Assembly: GCA_963205375.1 (NCBI GenBank)
Contig: CAUJJV010000020.1
Span: 1-39,917 of the forward strand
Direction: 5' to 3'
Length of the DNA: 39,917 nt
DNA from: Pseudomonadota bacterium
GTDB taxonomy: Bacteria; Pseudomonadota; Gammaproteobacteria; Burkholderiales; Burkholderiaceae_C
Positions 29,470-38,516 of the stretch are shown here, one piece after another. The position numbers were made by a program, and so were the translations under genes. Within the stretch, counting starts at the first letter, position 1; every line of letters begins with the position of its first letter. The notes beneath the pieces are model-generated. The model ran no database searches, had not been told where the DNA came from, and saw only the letters and a list, made by a program, of their open reading frames with translations.

Positions 29470-30609
29470 ATGCGCGTGTCCCAACTGACCCTGCACACGA
29501 CAGAACCGGCTGGTGCAGATTTCGCGGCGCTCGCTGCCACGCAACCGCAGTTGGTGTTGGCATTTGGCGCCGTGGACGCGCTCAAGGGGGCTGCTGGTGC
29601 CTTGGCCGCAGCCTTTCCACAGGCACACCGTATCGGCTGTTCTACCGCCGGTGAAATTTCCGCATCCGGGGTGAGTGACGGCACGCTGGTGGTCACGGCG
29701 CTGGCACTGGCCAAGACCCGCGTGGAACAGGTCAGTACCGAACTGAAGACGATGGAGGACTCGCAGCCTGCAGGCAGGCGCCTGGCATCCGGTCTGTCGC
29801 GGGATGGCTTGCGGGCGATCCTGGTATTCGGACAGGGCGTTCACATCAACGGAAGCGCCATGCTGGCTGGCATGATCGAAGTGGTGGGTAAGGACATTCC
29901 CATCACCGGCGGTCTCGCTGGCGATGGTGGTGCCTTCGCGCAGACCTGGGTGCTGGATGATCAGGGCGCCAGCAGCGACCGCCTTGCGTGTGTCGGTTTG
30001 TATGGTGAGGGGCTGACTTTCTCGCACGGGTCGTTTGGCGGCTGGTCGCCTTTTGGCCCGGCGCGCAAGGTCACACGCTGTGAAAACAATGTGCTGTTTG
30101 AACTCGATGGTGAGCCCGCGCTGGCGGTCTACCGTCGCTATCTGGGCGAGCATGCCAAGGGCTTGCCTGCGTCCGGACTCCTGTTTCCGTTTGCCATGCT
30201 CGGCAGTGACCACAGTGAGCGGGGGTTGATTCGCACCATTCTCGGTATCGATGAGGCGGCGGGCAGCCTCACGCTGGCGGGGGATATCGAACCCAATGGC
30301 TACCTCAAACTCATGCATGCCAATACCGATGCGCTGGTGGACGGCGCAGAAGCGGCCGCACAGGCTGCGAAGGATATGCACCAGGCCGCGGGCCAAAGCC
30401 TGGCCCTGCTGGTCAGTTGCGTGGGGCGCAAGCTGGTCATGGGTGGACGTGTGGATGAAGAAGTGGAGGCGGTGGGCGAGGTCTTTGGCCAGGGCGCGAC
30501 TTTGGCCGGCTTCTATTCCTACGGCGAGATCAGTCCTTTTGTGCGGGCCACGGAATGCAAGCTGCACAACCAGACCATGACGGTCACCTGCATCGCAGAA
30601 ACACCCTGA
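29470..30609 (+). CDS. Stand-alone FIST-domain sensor (NosP-like)
   Basis: IGCSTAGEI, GGLAGD, GGWSPFG, ELDGEPA, SCVGRK, GFYSYGEI and LHNQT motifs. Confidence 0.9.
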   Translation: MRVSQLTLHTTEPAGADFAALAATQPQLVLAFGAVDALKGAAGALAAAFPQAHRIGCSTAGEISASGVSDGTLVVTALALAKTRVEQVSTELKTMEDSQPAGRRLASGLSRDGLRAILVFGQGVHINGSAMLAGMIEVVGKDIPITGGLAGDGGAFAQTWVLDDQGASSDRLACVGLYGEGLTFSHGSFGGWSPFGPARKVTRCENNVLFELDGEPALAVYRRYLGEHAKGLPASGLLFPFAMLGSDHSERGLIRTILGIDEAAGSLTLAGDIEPNGYLKLMHANTDALVDGAEAAAQAAKDMHQAAGQSLALLVSCVGRKLVMGGRVDEEVEAVGEVFGQGATLAGFYSYGEISPFVRATECKLHNQTMTVTCIAETP

Positions 30610-30631
30610 ACTCCAGCGGCCTACGAATTTC

Positions 30632-33600
30632 ATGCACAAACTTCTCTCGCGCCAGATCAAACGCACACTGGGGGTGGATGACGCACAGCTGTCCGCCGTG
30701 CTGGAGGAGATTGCACACGTGGGGTCCAGGGGCGCGCTGTCTGCCCAAGCCACGACGGTGATCGCCGGGCTGGGCGGTTTATTGCAGCGGGTCGATGAGG
30801 CGTATGTCCAGAATGACCGGGACCTGGAGCTCAAGACCCGCAGTCTGGAACTGAGTTCGGTGGAGCTGACGGAGAGCAACTCGCGTTTGCGCGCGGAACT
30901 GGGGAGCCGCACCCGGGCCATGGAATCCTTGCGTGCCACAGCGATGGGACTGATGGAATTTGTGGATCTGGACCAACCCGGCCTGCTCGACGACAACCTG
31001 GAGAATCTCTCCACGCTGATGAGCGCGCTGGTGCGTCAGAAAGAGGAAAGCCAGAGAGACCTGCAGTCGGCCCTGACCGACCTGGCGCACCAGAAGTTTG
31101 CGCTGGACCAGCATGCGATTGTCAGTACCACCGATGTCAACGGAAACATCATCTATGCCAACGACAAGCTGTGCGAGATCAGTGGGTATTCGCGCGCAGA
31201 GTTGCTGGGCAAGAACCACCGTCTGATCAATTCGGGTTTCCACGACCGGGCATTTTTCATCGGAATGTGGCAGACCATTACCGCAGGTCATGTCTGGCAT
31301 GGAGAGATTTGTAATCGCAACAAGGCCGGAGGCCTGTATTGGGTCAACGCGACGATTGTTCCCTTGCGGGATGAGGCGGGCAAGCCATCGATGTTTATTG
31401 CCATCCGAACCGACATCACCGAGCGCAAGAAGATGGAGTCCACCATCAAGGCGGCCGAGGCCCGGTTGCTGCGCATCACCAATACCGTGCCGGGGGTGGT
31501 TTTCCAGGCGCATGTATCGCCAACACATTTCAAATACACGTTTGTCAGCGACCGGGTAGAAGACGTCCTGGGATTGCAGGCCCGGGCCCTGATTGACGAT
31601 GGATTTCTCACCTTTCACCAGATCATTGAGGAAGACCGAGGGAAGGTCATCCAGGGTGTGCAGGATGCTGCCCAGCGCCGTGCGGCGTGGCGCGAAGAAT
31701 ACCGGGCGCGTCTGCCCAATGGCCTGCTGCGGTGGATCCGTACCGAGGTCAATCCGGAGCCTGATCTTGCGCCCGATGGCGCCACCGTGTTCACCGGCAT
31801 CTGGCAGGACGTGACCGAACTCAAGGAAGCGGATGCCCGCCTGCGGGAAGTCACGCAGAACGTGCCTGTGGCGGTCTTTCAGTACTACGTGGGGGGCAAC
31901 GGAAAGTTCCGGATTCCGTTCATGAGCGACGCCATCGAGAAAATGTGCGGTGTGCGGTCGGAGGATATTGTCCAGAACACCGATCTATTGCGGAAGCAGG
32001 TGCATCAAGACGACCAGGCGCGTTTTATAGGTTCGCTGCAGTTGGCCAATGAACATTCGATGGCCAAGACGCTGGATATCCGCATGGTGCATGCCAAATC
32101 TGGCGAGGTGGTCTGGGTGCACGGTGAGGCCCATCCGCGCAGGCTGGCAAATGGGCAGTGGGTCTGGAACGGGTATTTCACAGACGTCACTGCATCCAAA
32201 CGGGTTCAGGACGAACTGCACAAAGCCAAGGAAGATGCCGAGTCAGCCAGCCATGCCAAGTCCGATTTTCTGGCCAATATGAGCCATGAAATCCGCACCC
32301 CGATGAATGGCGTCATCGGCATGACGGACCTGCTGATGGATACCGAGCTGGATGCCGAGCAGAGCGAGTATGTTTCGATCGTGAAGTTGTCTGCGGATGC
32401 CCTGTTGCGGGTGATCAATGACATTCTGGATTTCTCCAAAATCGAGGCTGGCAAGCTGCAGATCGAGCACATCCCGTTCCATCTGGGGCGGACGGTGGAC
32501 GAAACCCTCAAGACGCTGGCCATGCGTGCCAACGACAAAGGGCTGGAACTGGTCTGCGACATGGACCCGGACGTGCCCATGGCGTTGGTGGGGGATCCGG
32601 GTCGCCTGCGGCAGGTCCTGGTCAACCTGATTGGCAATGCATTGAAGTTCACCGCCAGCGGAGAAGTGGTTTTGCGTGTTTCCGAGGAGCGCAGTTCCGG
32701 CAGCGAGTGCCAGCTCCACTTGGCCGTCGTCGATACCGGCATTGGCATTGCGGCGGACAAGCTGGGTTCGATTTTTGAGGCGTTCTCGCAGGAAGACAGC
32801 TCCATCACCCGCAAGTACGGTGGTACCGGACTGGGCTTGACCATCTGCTCCCGGCTGGTCGAAGCCATGGGCGGGCGCATCTGGGTCGAGAGCGAGTTGG
32901 GCAAGGGTAGCGTGTTTCACTTCACGGTGCGGTTGCAGCGAGATGCCGCTGGCGCCAGTGCGGAGCCACAGCCCATTGATCTTGCTGGCACCACGATGCT
33001 GCTGGTGGACGACAACGCCGTCAACCTCCAGGTGCTTGCGCGTGGCCTGGAAGCCGCTGGCGTAGACGTTCACGCGGTAGATTCAGGGGCTGGCGCCCTG
33101 CAGTGGCTGTCGGCCAGGGAGTTGGCGGGTGCACCTTGCGATTTGGTTGTGCTCGATGCGCAGATGCCTGGCATGGACGGCTTTGAGGTGGCGCAGCAGA
33201 TTCTGAAAATACCCCGTTGGGGCCGGGTGCCGATGGTGATGCTGTCGTCGGCTGGTCTCAAAGGCGATGCGCAACGCTCGCGCGAGGCCGGGATATCCGG
33301 CTACGCGTCCAAACCCATTGCACGCCACGAACTGCTGCAAGTGCTGGCCCGTGTGCTGAATCTGGAGGCGCGGGAAGCGCAAGTCCTGGTGACACGTCAC
33401 TCCATACGCGACGCCGATGCCGGCATGGAGGTCCTGCTGGTGGAAGACCATGCGATCAACCAGAAGCTGGCGGTGGTATTGCTAGAGCGGTGGGGCCACC
33501 GGGTGACAGTGGCAGACAACGGTCAACTGGCCCTGGACGCGATGGCACGGCAGCGGTTTGACGTCGTTCTGATGGACATGATGATGCCGGTGATGGATGG

Positions 33601-34165
33601 ACTGGAGGCCACGCGGCGTATCCGGGCATCTGAAACAGGCCAGCATGTTCCCATCATTGCCATGACGGCCAATGCCATGGAGTCGGACCGCCAGCGCTGC
33701 ATCGATGCGGGCATGGATGACTACCTGTCCAAGCCCATCAAGGCTCTGGAATTGCAGGAACTACTCAGGAAATACTCCGCAGAAGGTTACAGCAGTGTGC
33801 CGGCTTCGCTGGAGGAGGCTCCTTCTGCAGCACCGGCCGCATTCAATTACGCCGCAGGACTGGCTGCCATGGACCAGGAAATTCGGGAAATCATTGCCCA
33901 GGCGTTTGTAGACCAGTGGCCGCAGGACCAGCAGAAATTGCGCACTGGGGTCGGAAAGGGTGACATGCTGGCCGTGTTGCATACGGCTCATTCGCTCAAG
34001 GGGACGCTTTCCATGTTTGGTGCGCGTCCCGCCAGTGAACTGGCCCGTCAGGTGGAGTCACTTGCCGGCCTGTCGGATGCGCAGGGCGTCAGCGTTCTGA
34101 TCGACCCGCTTTGCGCGGAAGTGGAACTGCTGCTGGCGGCCATTGCTGCGGACATCCCCGCATGA
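30632..34165 (+). CDS. Cytoplasmic hybrid histidine kinase (3 PAS - HisKA - HATPase - 2 REC - Hpt)
   Basis: FLANMSHEIRTPMN, NLIGNALKFT, DTGIG, GGTGLGL, receivers LDAQMP and MDMMMP, and Hpt AHSLKG. No obvious TM segment. Confidence 0.95.
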   Translation: MHKLLSRQIKRTLGVDDAQLSAVLEEIAHVGSRGALSAQATTVIAGLGGLLQRVDEAYVQNDRDLELKTRSLELSSVELTESNSRLRAELGSRTRAMESLRATAMGLMEFVDLDQPGLLDDNLENLSTLMSALVRQKEESQRDLQSALTDLAHQKFALDQHAIVSTTDVNGNIIYANDKLCEISGYSRAELLGKNHRLINSGFHDRAFFIGMWQTITAGHVWHGEICNRNKAGGLYWVNATIVPLRDEAGKPSMFIAIRTDITERKKMESTIKAAEARLLRITNTVPGVVFQAHVSPTHFKYTFVSDRVEDVLGLQARALIDDGFLTFHQIIEEDRGKVIQGVQDAAQRRAAWREEYRARLPNGLLRWIRTEVNPEPDLAPDGATVFTGIWQDVTELKEADARLREVTQNVPVAVFQYYVGGNGKFRIPFMSDAIEKMCGVRSEDIVQNTDLLRKQVHQDDQARFIGSLQLANEHSMAKTLDIRMVHAKSGEVVWVHGEAHPRRLANGQWVWNGYFTDVTASKRVQDELHKAKEDAESASHAKSDFLANMSHEIRTPMNGVIGMTDLLMDTELDAEQSEYVSIVKLSADALLRVINDILDFSKIEAGKLQIEHIPFHLGRTVDETLKTLAMRANDKGLELVCDMDPDVPMALVGDPGRLRQVLVNLIGNALKFTASGEVVLRVSEERSSGSECQLHLAVVDTGIGIAADKLGSIFEAFSQEDSSITRKYGGTGLGLTICSRLVEAMGGRIWVESELGKGSVFHFTVRLQRDAAGASAEPQPIDLAGTTMLLVDDNAVNLQVLARGLEAAGVDVHAVDSGAGALQWLSARELAGAPCDLVVLDAQMPGMDGFEVAQQILKIPRWGRVPMVMLSSAGLKGDAQRSREAGISGYASKPIARHELLQVLARVLNLEAREAQVLVTRHSIRDADAGMEVLLVEDHAINQKLAVVLLERWGHRVTVADNGQLALDAMARQRFDVVLMDMMMPVMDGLEATRRIRASETGQHVPIIAMTANAMESDRQRCIDAGMDDYLSKPIKALELQELLRKYSAEGYSSVPASLEEAPSAAPAAFNYAAGLAAMDQEIREIIAQAFVDQWPQDQQKLRTGVGKGDMLAVLHTAHSLKGTLSMFGARPASELARQVESLAGLSDAQGVSVLIDPLCAEVELLLAAIAADIPA

Positions 34166-34206
34166 GCGCAACAGACGCTAAGATGCACATTCGATGTAAA
34201 GGGTAA

Positions 34207-35256
34207 ATGACTGTGGCTCAACAGGTTTTGATCGTCGATGACACTGAAATCAATCTGATTCTTTTTGCAGCCCTTGTCAAAAAACTTGGGGATTGCGAAT
34301 CCCACAGTTTTTCCGATTCCCGTGCTGGACTGGCGTGGGTGCAGCAATATGTGCCGGACCTCGTCATCGTGGATTACATGATGCCGGAGATGGATGGCCT
34401 GGAGTTCATCCGCTTGCTCCGGGAAATCCCCGGTCGCGAGGCTATTCCGGTGTTGATGATCACGGCCAACGACCAGAAGCAGATCCGTTACCGCGCACTG
34501 GATATCGGGGCCAACGACTTTTTGACCAAGCCGGTGGACAAGGTCGAGTTCCTGGCACGTGCCAAGAACATGCTGACACTCAACGATGCGCGGAAAAAGC
34601 TGGCGGACCAGGCGGCCTGGCTGGCCGAAGAAGTACGCAAGGCGACCCATGAAGTGGTGGAGCGTGAGCGCGAAACCGTGATTCGCCTGTCCAGAGCGGC
34701 CGAATTCCGTGATCCAGAAACCGGTGCCCATATTCTGCGCATGGCCCATTTTTCGCAAATCATTGCGCGCGGAATGGGGTTGTCGGAGAGCGATCAGTAT
34801 CTGTTGCTGGAAGCTGCGCCCATGCACGACATCGGCAAAGTGGGCATCGCAGACAAGATATTACTCAAACCCGGACGCCTGGAGCCCGAGGAGTTTGAAA
34901 TCATGAAACGCCATGCCACGATCGGTTACGAGTTGCTCCAGGGCAGCTCGTCGCGGGTTCTGCAGGCAGGCGCCGAGATCGCCCGTGGCCACCATGAAAA
35001 GTTTGATGGTTCCGGGTACCCGCAAGGACTCAAGGGCGAGGATATTCCGATCTTCAGCCGCATTGTGGCCGTGGCCGATGTGTTTGATGCGCTGACATCC
35101 GAGCGGCCCTACAAAAAAGCCTGGGACGTGGAGGCTGCCGTCGATTTTTTGAAGGCGGGCTCCGGCAGCCACTTCGATCCTGCGTGCGTCACGGCATTTC
35201 TGAATGCCTGGAGTGATGTGCAGGAGGTTCGGGCACGCTACAGCGAAGAAGCCTGA
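34207..35256 (+). CDS. Response regulator with HD-GYP c-di-GMP phosphodiesterase domain (RpfG-like)
   Basis: REC domain (IVDD, VDYMMP, TKP), then ETGAH, HDIGK, HHEKFDGSGYP and DVFDALTSERPYK. Confidence 0.95.
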   Translation: MTVAQQVLIVDDTEINLILFAALVKKLGDCESHSFSDSRAGLAWVQQYVPDLVIVDYMMPEMDGLEFIRLLREIPGREAIPVLMITANDQKQIRYRALDIGANDFLTKPVDKVEFLARAKNMLTLNDARKKLADQAAWLAEEVRKATHEVVERERETVIRLSRAAEFRDPETGAHILRMAHFSQIIARGMGLSESDQYLLLEAAPMHDIGKVGIADKILLKPGRLEPEEFEIMKRHATIGYELLQGSSSRVLQAGAEIARGHHEKFDGSGYPQGLKGEDIPIFSRIVAVADVFDALTSERPYKKAWDVEAAVDFLKAGSGSHFDPACVTAFLNAWSDVQEVRARYSEEA

Positions 35257-35284
35257 ACCATCCTATTGCCCCCGTGGGGAAAGC

Positions 35285-35348
35285 TGCTATATATTTTATA
35301 GCAATGTACGCAATGTATACGGGGGCTAGGGCGGTATTTACTTGAGAA
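35285..35348 (-). repeat. Spaced-motif repeat, copy E (between convergent genes, overlapping the USP stop codon)
   Basis: Minus strand reads TTCTCAAGTAAATACCGCCCTAGCCCCCGTATACATTGCGTACATTGCTATAAAATATATAGCA, with a perfect TGCTATA-N5-TATAGCA dyad. Confidence 0.85.
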
Positions 35349-35781
35349 TCAACACCGGAATGGCAGCGTGGGTCAGGACGTGCTGTGTTTCACTGCCCAG
35401 GAGCAGGCGTTTGATCCCTTTGCGACCATGCGACGCCATCACGATCAGGTCGCACTGGTGCTTTTTGGCAGCGGCCAGCAGTGCATCGGATACCACATCC
35501 GACTTGACGGTCACCGCTTTGGTCGTCACGCCCTTGGCCAGTGCAGCTTTTTTGACAGCGTCCACGACGGCCTGTCCTTCGTCGGCCCAGCGTTTTTCGA
35601 CTTCGGCTACTTCACTGGGCTGCAACGCAATTCCACCTTCAAAGTAACTTTGGGGGTAGCGGGGCACCACCTTCAAGGCGACGAGTTCCGCACCGCAGAC
35701 AGCGGCCAGATCGATCGCGCTCGAAACGGCCTTCTTGGAGAGCTTGGATCCATCGGTAGCGACCAGAATGCGTTTGTACAT
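35338..35781 (-). CDS. Universal stress protein
   Basis: MYKRILVATDGS, DLIVMASHGRKG and LLGSET..VL...IPVL motifs. Confidence 0.95.
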   Translation of the reverse strand: MYKRILVATDGSKLSKKAVSSAIDLAAVCGAELVALKVVPRYPQSYFEGGIALQPSEVAEVEKRWADEGQAVVDAVKKAALAKGVTTKAVTVKSDVVSDALLAAAKKHQCDLIVMASHGRKGIKRLLLGSETQHVLTHAAIPVLILK

Positions 35782-35837
35782 GGCGAGACTCCTAGTGGTT
35801 GAAGGCAGTAAGGTTACTCTATGCATGTCAAGCGGTC

Positions 35838-35851
35838 TTGATTTGAATCAA
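35838..35851. promoter_or_regulatory. FNR/Anr box between divergent usp and ccoI
   Basis: Perfect TTGAT-TTGA-ATCAA. Confidence 0.88.
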
Positions 35852-35887
35852 GCATCATTGGTCTTTCAACAGGCACACTTGCATTCC

Positions 35888-38281
35888 ATGTCTTTAGCCA
35901 GCCTTTCCACACCCATTGTCGCGCCAGCCGAGGACATGGTGGCCCAGGGAAGTGCGTCGGGCGAAGCGCGTCTCGTGGTTACTCCCCACAGCGTAGAGTC
36001 GCTGCGCCTGCTGGATGATCCTGCGGAGTGGGGGGCTTTCAGCCGTCCTTCCGCGCATGGCCCGGATTGCTGGGAATCCAGCGTGGTGATCGAGGGGATG
36101 CATTGCGCTGCGTGCTCGCTGACGGTGGAAGACGCCATTGGCCGGGTTCCCGGCGTACTGGATGTGCAGGTCAGTGCAGCAAGCCATCGGGCGAAAGTGG
36201 TCTGGGCCGCTGGTACGGTACATCCGTCCGGCTGGATGGCGGCAGTACAGAAGTCGGGTTACCGCGCAGTGCCTGCCAACGATGTTTTTGCCAGTGAACG
36301 CCGCCGTGTGGAAACACGCAAGGCGCTCTGGCGCTGGCTGGTGGCGGGTCTTTGCATGATGCAGGTGATGATGTATGCCTACCCGGCCTACATCGCCCAC
36401 CCCGGCGATCTGAGCCAGGAGATGGAGGCCCTTTTGCGCTGGGCATCCTGGGTGCTGACGCTGCCCGTCATGCTGTTTTCCTGTGGTCCTTTCTTCCGCA
36501 ATGCGTTGCGGGACATCCGCCAGGGGCAGATCAGCATGGATTTGCCTGTAGCCCTGGGCATTGGCATTACCTTTGTCATGAGTACGGTGGGTACGTTTGA
36601 GCCCGCAGGGATCTTCGGTAAAGAGGTCTACTTTGATTCGCTGACCATGTTCGTGTTTTTCCTGTTGACCGGGCGTTGGCTGGAGCTGCGCCTCAGAGAC
36701 CGGACTGCTGGGGCGCTCGAAGCGCTGATGAACCGGCTACCCGACAGCGTGGAGCGTCGTACTGCGCAGGGCGAGTTTGAACGGGTGGCCGTGCGCCGCC
36801 TGATGGTGGGCGACGTTGTGCGCATGCAGCCGGGCGAGGCTTTTGCGGCCGATGGCGTGGTGGAGCAGGGCGAAACGCTGGTGGACGAAGCGCTGCTCAC
36901 CGGGGAGTCGCGTCCGTTGTTGCGCACGGTGGGCTCACAGGTGGTCGCAGGAAGCCACAACCTCAGTTCCACGGTGCTGGTGCGTGTGGAGCGGGTGGGG
37001 GCTGACACCCGGTTTGCGCAGATTGTGGCCTTGATGGAGAGTGCTTCGGCGACCAAGCCGCGCGGCGCCCAGATAGCCGACCGCCTGGCCAAGCCCTTCC
37101 TGATCGGTGTTTTGGTGGCTGCAGCGCTGGCTTGCGCCTGGTGGTGGGGCCGGGATCCCGGCCATGCCCTGATGGTGGCCGTCGCCGTGCTGGTGGTCAC
37201 CTGTCCTTGCGCGCTGTCGCTGGCAACGCCAGCCGCCATGCTGGCCGCTGCCGGGTCGCTGGCGCGCGCAGGCGTGATGGTGCGCAACCTGCAGGCACTG
37301 GAAGCGCTGGCGGATGTGGATACGCTGGTGTTTGACAAGACCGGGACCCTGACGAAAGACGCCATGGTCCCGGAGTCGGTTCGTGTCCGTAGCGGTGCCT
37401 CGCAGCCGCAGGCTTTGGCCATGGCAGCGGCGATTGCCGCGCATTCCCTGCACCCTGTATCCCGGGCACTGGTGCAGGCATTCGCACAAAAGTCTGGTTC
37501 GGATGCCAGCGACGCCTGGGAGTGCGGTGCCGTTTCTGAGCTTGCAGGGCAGGGCGTGAGTGGCGTGGTGCGCGGTTTGACGGACCCTATGCAGGGCAAG
37601 GATATTGCTGTCAAGCTGGGGTCGGCAGCATTTTGTGGCGTGCAGGTGGATGCCGACGACAGTTTGCGTGTATTTCTCAGTGATGCGCAGGGGTGGCTCG
37701 CCACATTCTCCTTTACCGAGGAGCTGCGCCCCGAAGCACAAAAGGCCGTTGCCTCACTGGAGCAGGCGGGGGTATCGGTCCACCTGCTGTCGGGTGATGG
37801 TGCGGAATCGGTTGCACGCATTGCACAGCAAGTGGGCATTGTCAACGCCCAGGGCGGTTGCTCTCCTGCAAGCAAGCTGGAAGCATTGCGGGCGCTACAG
37901 TCGGCTGGCCGCACGGTTGCGATGGTCGGGGATGGGCTGAACGATGGCCCCATTCTGGCTGGAGCCCATGTGTCATTTGCATTTGGCCAGGCAGTTCCGC
38001 TGGCGCAGGCACAATCTGACTTCGTCGTGATGGGTGAACGGCTCGAAAGCGTGGTTCAGGCGGTGTTTCTCGCACGCAAGACCATGGCGATAGTGCGCCA
38101 AAATCTGTGGTGGGCACTTATGTATAACGCGGCATGTGTACCGCTTGCTGTCGTGGGGTGGTTGCCAGCCTGGCTTGCGGGTTTGGGTATGGCTACTAGT
38201 TCATTAATAGTTGTTCTCAATGCACTTCGCCTTGCGCGCGGTGGTTCCCAATTTGATGCGCTCACGCGCAAGGAGGCCTGA
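35888..38281 (+). CDS. ccoI: P1B-type copper ATPase for cbb3 oxidase assembly (CcoI/FixI)
   Basis: GMHCAAC, YFDS, LTGES, CPC, DKTGT, HP and GDGLND motifs, upstream of ccoS-ccoN. Start uncertain (35888 or 35936). Confidence 0.9.
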   Translation: MSLASLSTPIVAPAEDMVAQGSASGEARLVVTPHSVESLRLLDDPAEWGAFSRPSAHGPDCWESSVVIEGMHCAACSLTVEDAIGRVPGVLDVQVSAASHRAKVVWAAGTVHPSGWMAAVQKSGYRAVPANDVFASERRRVETRKALWRWLVAGLCMMQVMMYAYPAYIAHPGDLSQEMEALLRWASWVLTLPVMLFSCGPFFRNALRDIRQGQISMDLPVALGIGITFVMSTVGTFEPAGIFGKEVYFDSLTMFVFFLLTGRWLELRLRDRTAGALEALMNRLPDSVERRTAQGEFERVAVRRLMVGDVVRMQPGEAFAADGVVEQGETLVDEALLTGESRPLLRTVGSQVVAGSHNLSSTVLVRVERVGADTRFAQIVALMESASATKPRGAQIADRLAKPFLIGVLVAAALACAWWWGRDPGHALMVAVAVLVVTCPCALSLATPAAMLAAAGSLARAGVMVRNLQALEALADVDTLVFDKTGTLTKDAMVPESVRVRSGASQPQALAMAAAIAAHSLHPVSRALVQAFAQKSGSDASDAWECGAVSELAGQGVSGVVRGLTDPMQGKDIAVKLGSAAFCGVQVDADDSLRVFLSDAQGWLATFSFTEELRPEAQKAVASLEQAGVSVHLLSGDGAESVARIAQQVGIVNAQGGCSPASKLEALRALQSAGRTVAMVGDGLNDGPILAGAHVSFAFGQAVPLAQAQSDFVVMGERLESVVQAVFLARKTMAIVRQNLWWALMYNAACVPLAVVGWLPAWLAGLGMATSSLIVVLNALRLARGGSQFDALTRKEA

Positions 38282-38418
38282 TGGACATCCTGTATTTGTT
38301 GATTCCGCTTTCCGTTGCACTCGTTTTTTTCATTCTCGGCGGCTTGTGGTGGGCCATAGATCGGGGGCAGTTTGAAGATATCGAGGCCGAGGGGGCAAGG
38401 ATATTGAAAGATTCCTGA
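38281..38418 (+). CDS. ccoS: cbb3-type cytochrome oxidase maturation protein CcoS
   Basis: 45 aa, MDILYLLIPLSVALVFFILGGLWWAIDRGQFEDIEAEGARILKDS. AGGAGG RBS and TGATG overlap with ccoI. Not in the ORF track. Confidence 0.93.
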   Translation: MDILYLLIPLSVALVFFILGGLWWAIDRGQFEDIEAEGARILKDS

Positions 38419-38444
38419 AGTAAATTAAGGTTTTTAGGTGGCAG

Positions 38445-38458
38445 TTGATATTCATCAA
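38445..38458. promoter_or_regulatory. FNR/Anr box upstream of ccoN
   Basis: Perfect TTGAT-ATTC-ATCAA, ending 58 nt before the ccoN ATG. Confidence 0.9.
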
Positions 38459-38516
38459 CCTTCAGGAGTCGCTGCTCAGAGACACTTGGCCCAGAGTAAT
38501 CTAAGAAGAGGTAAAT

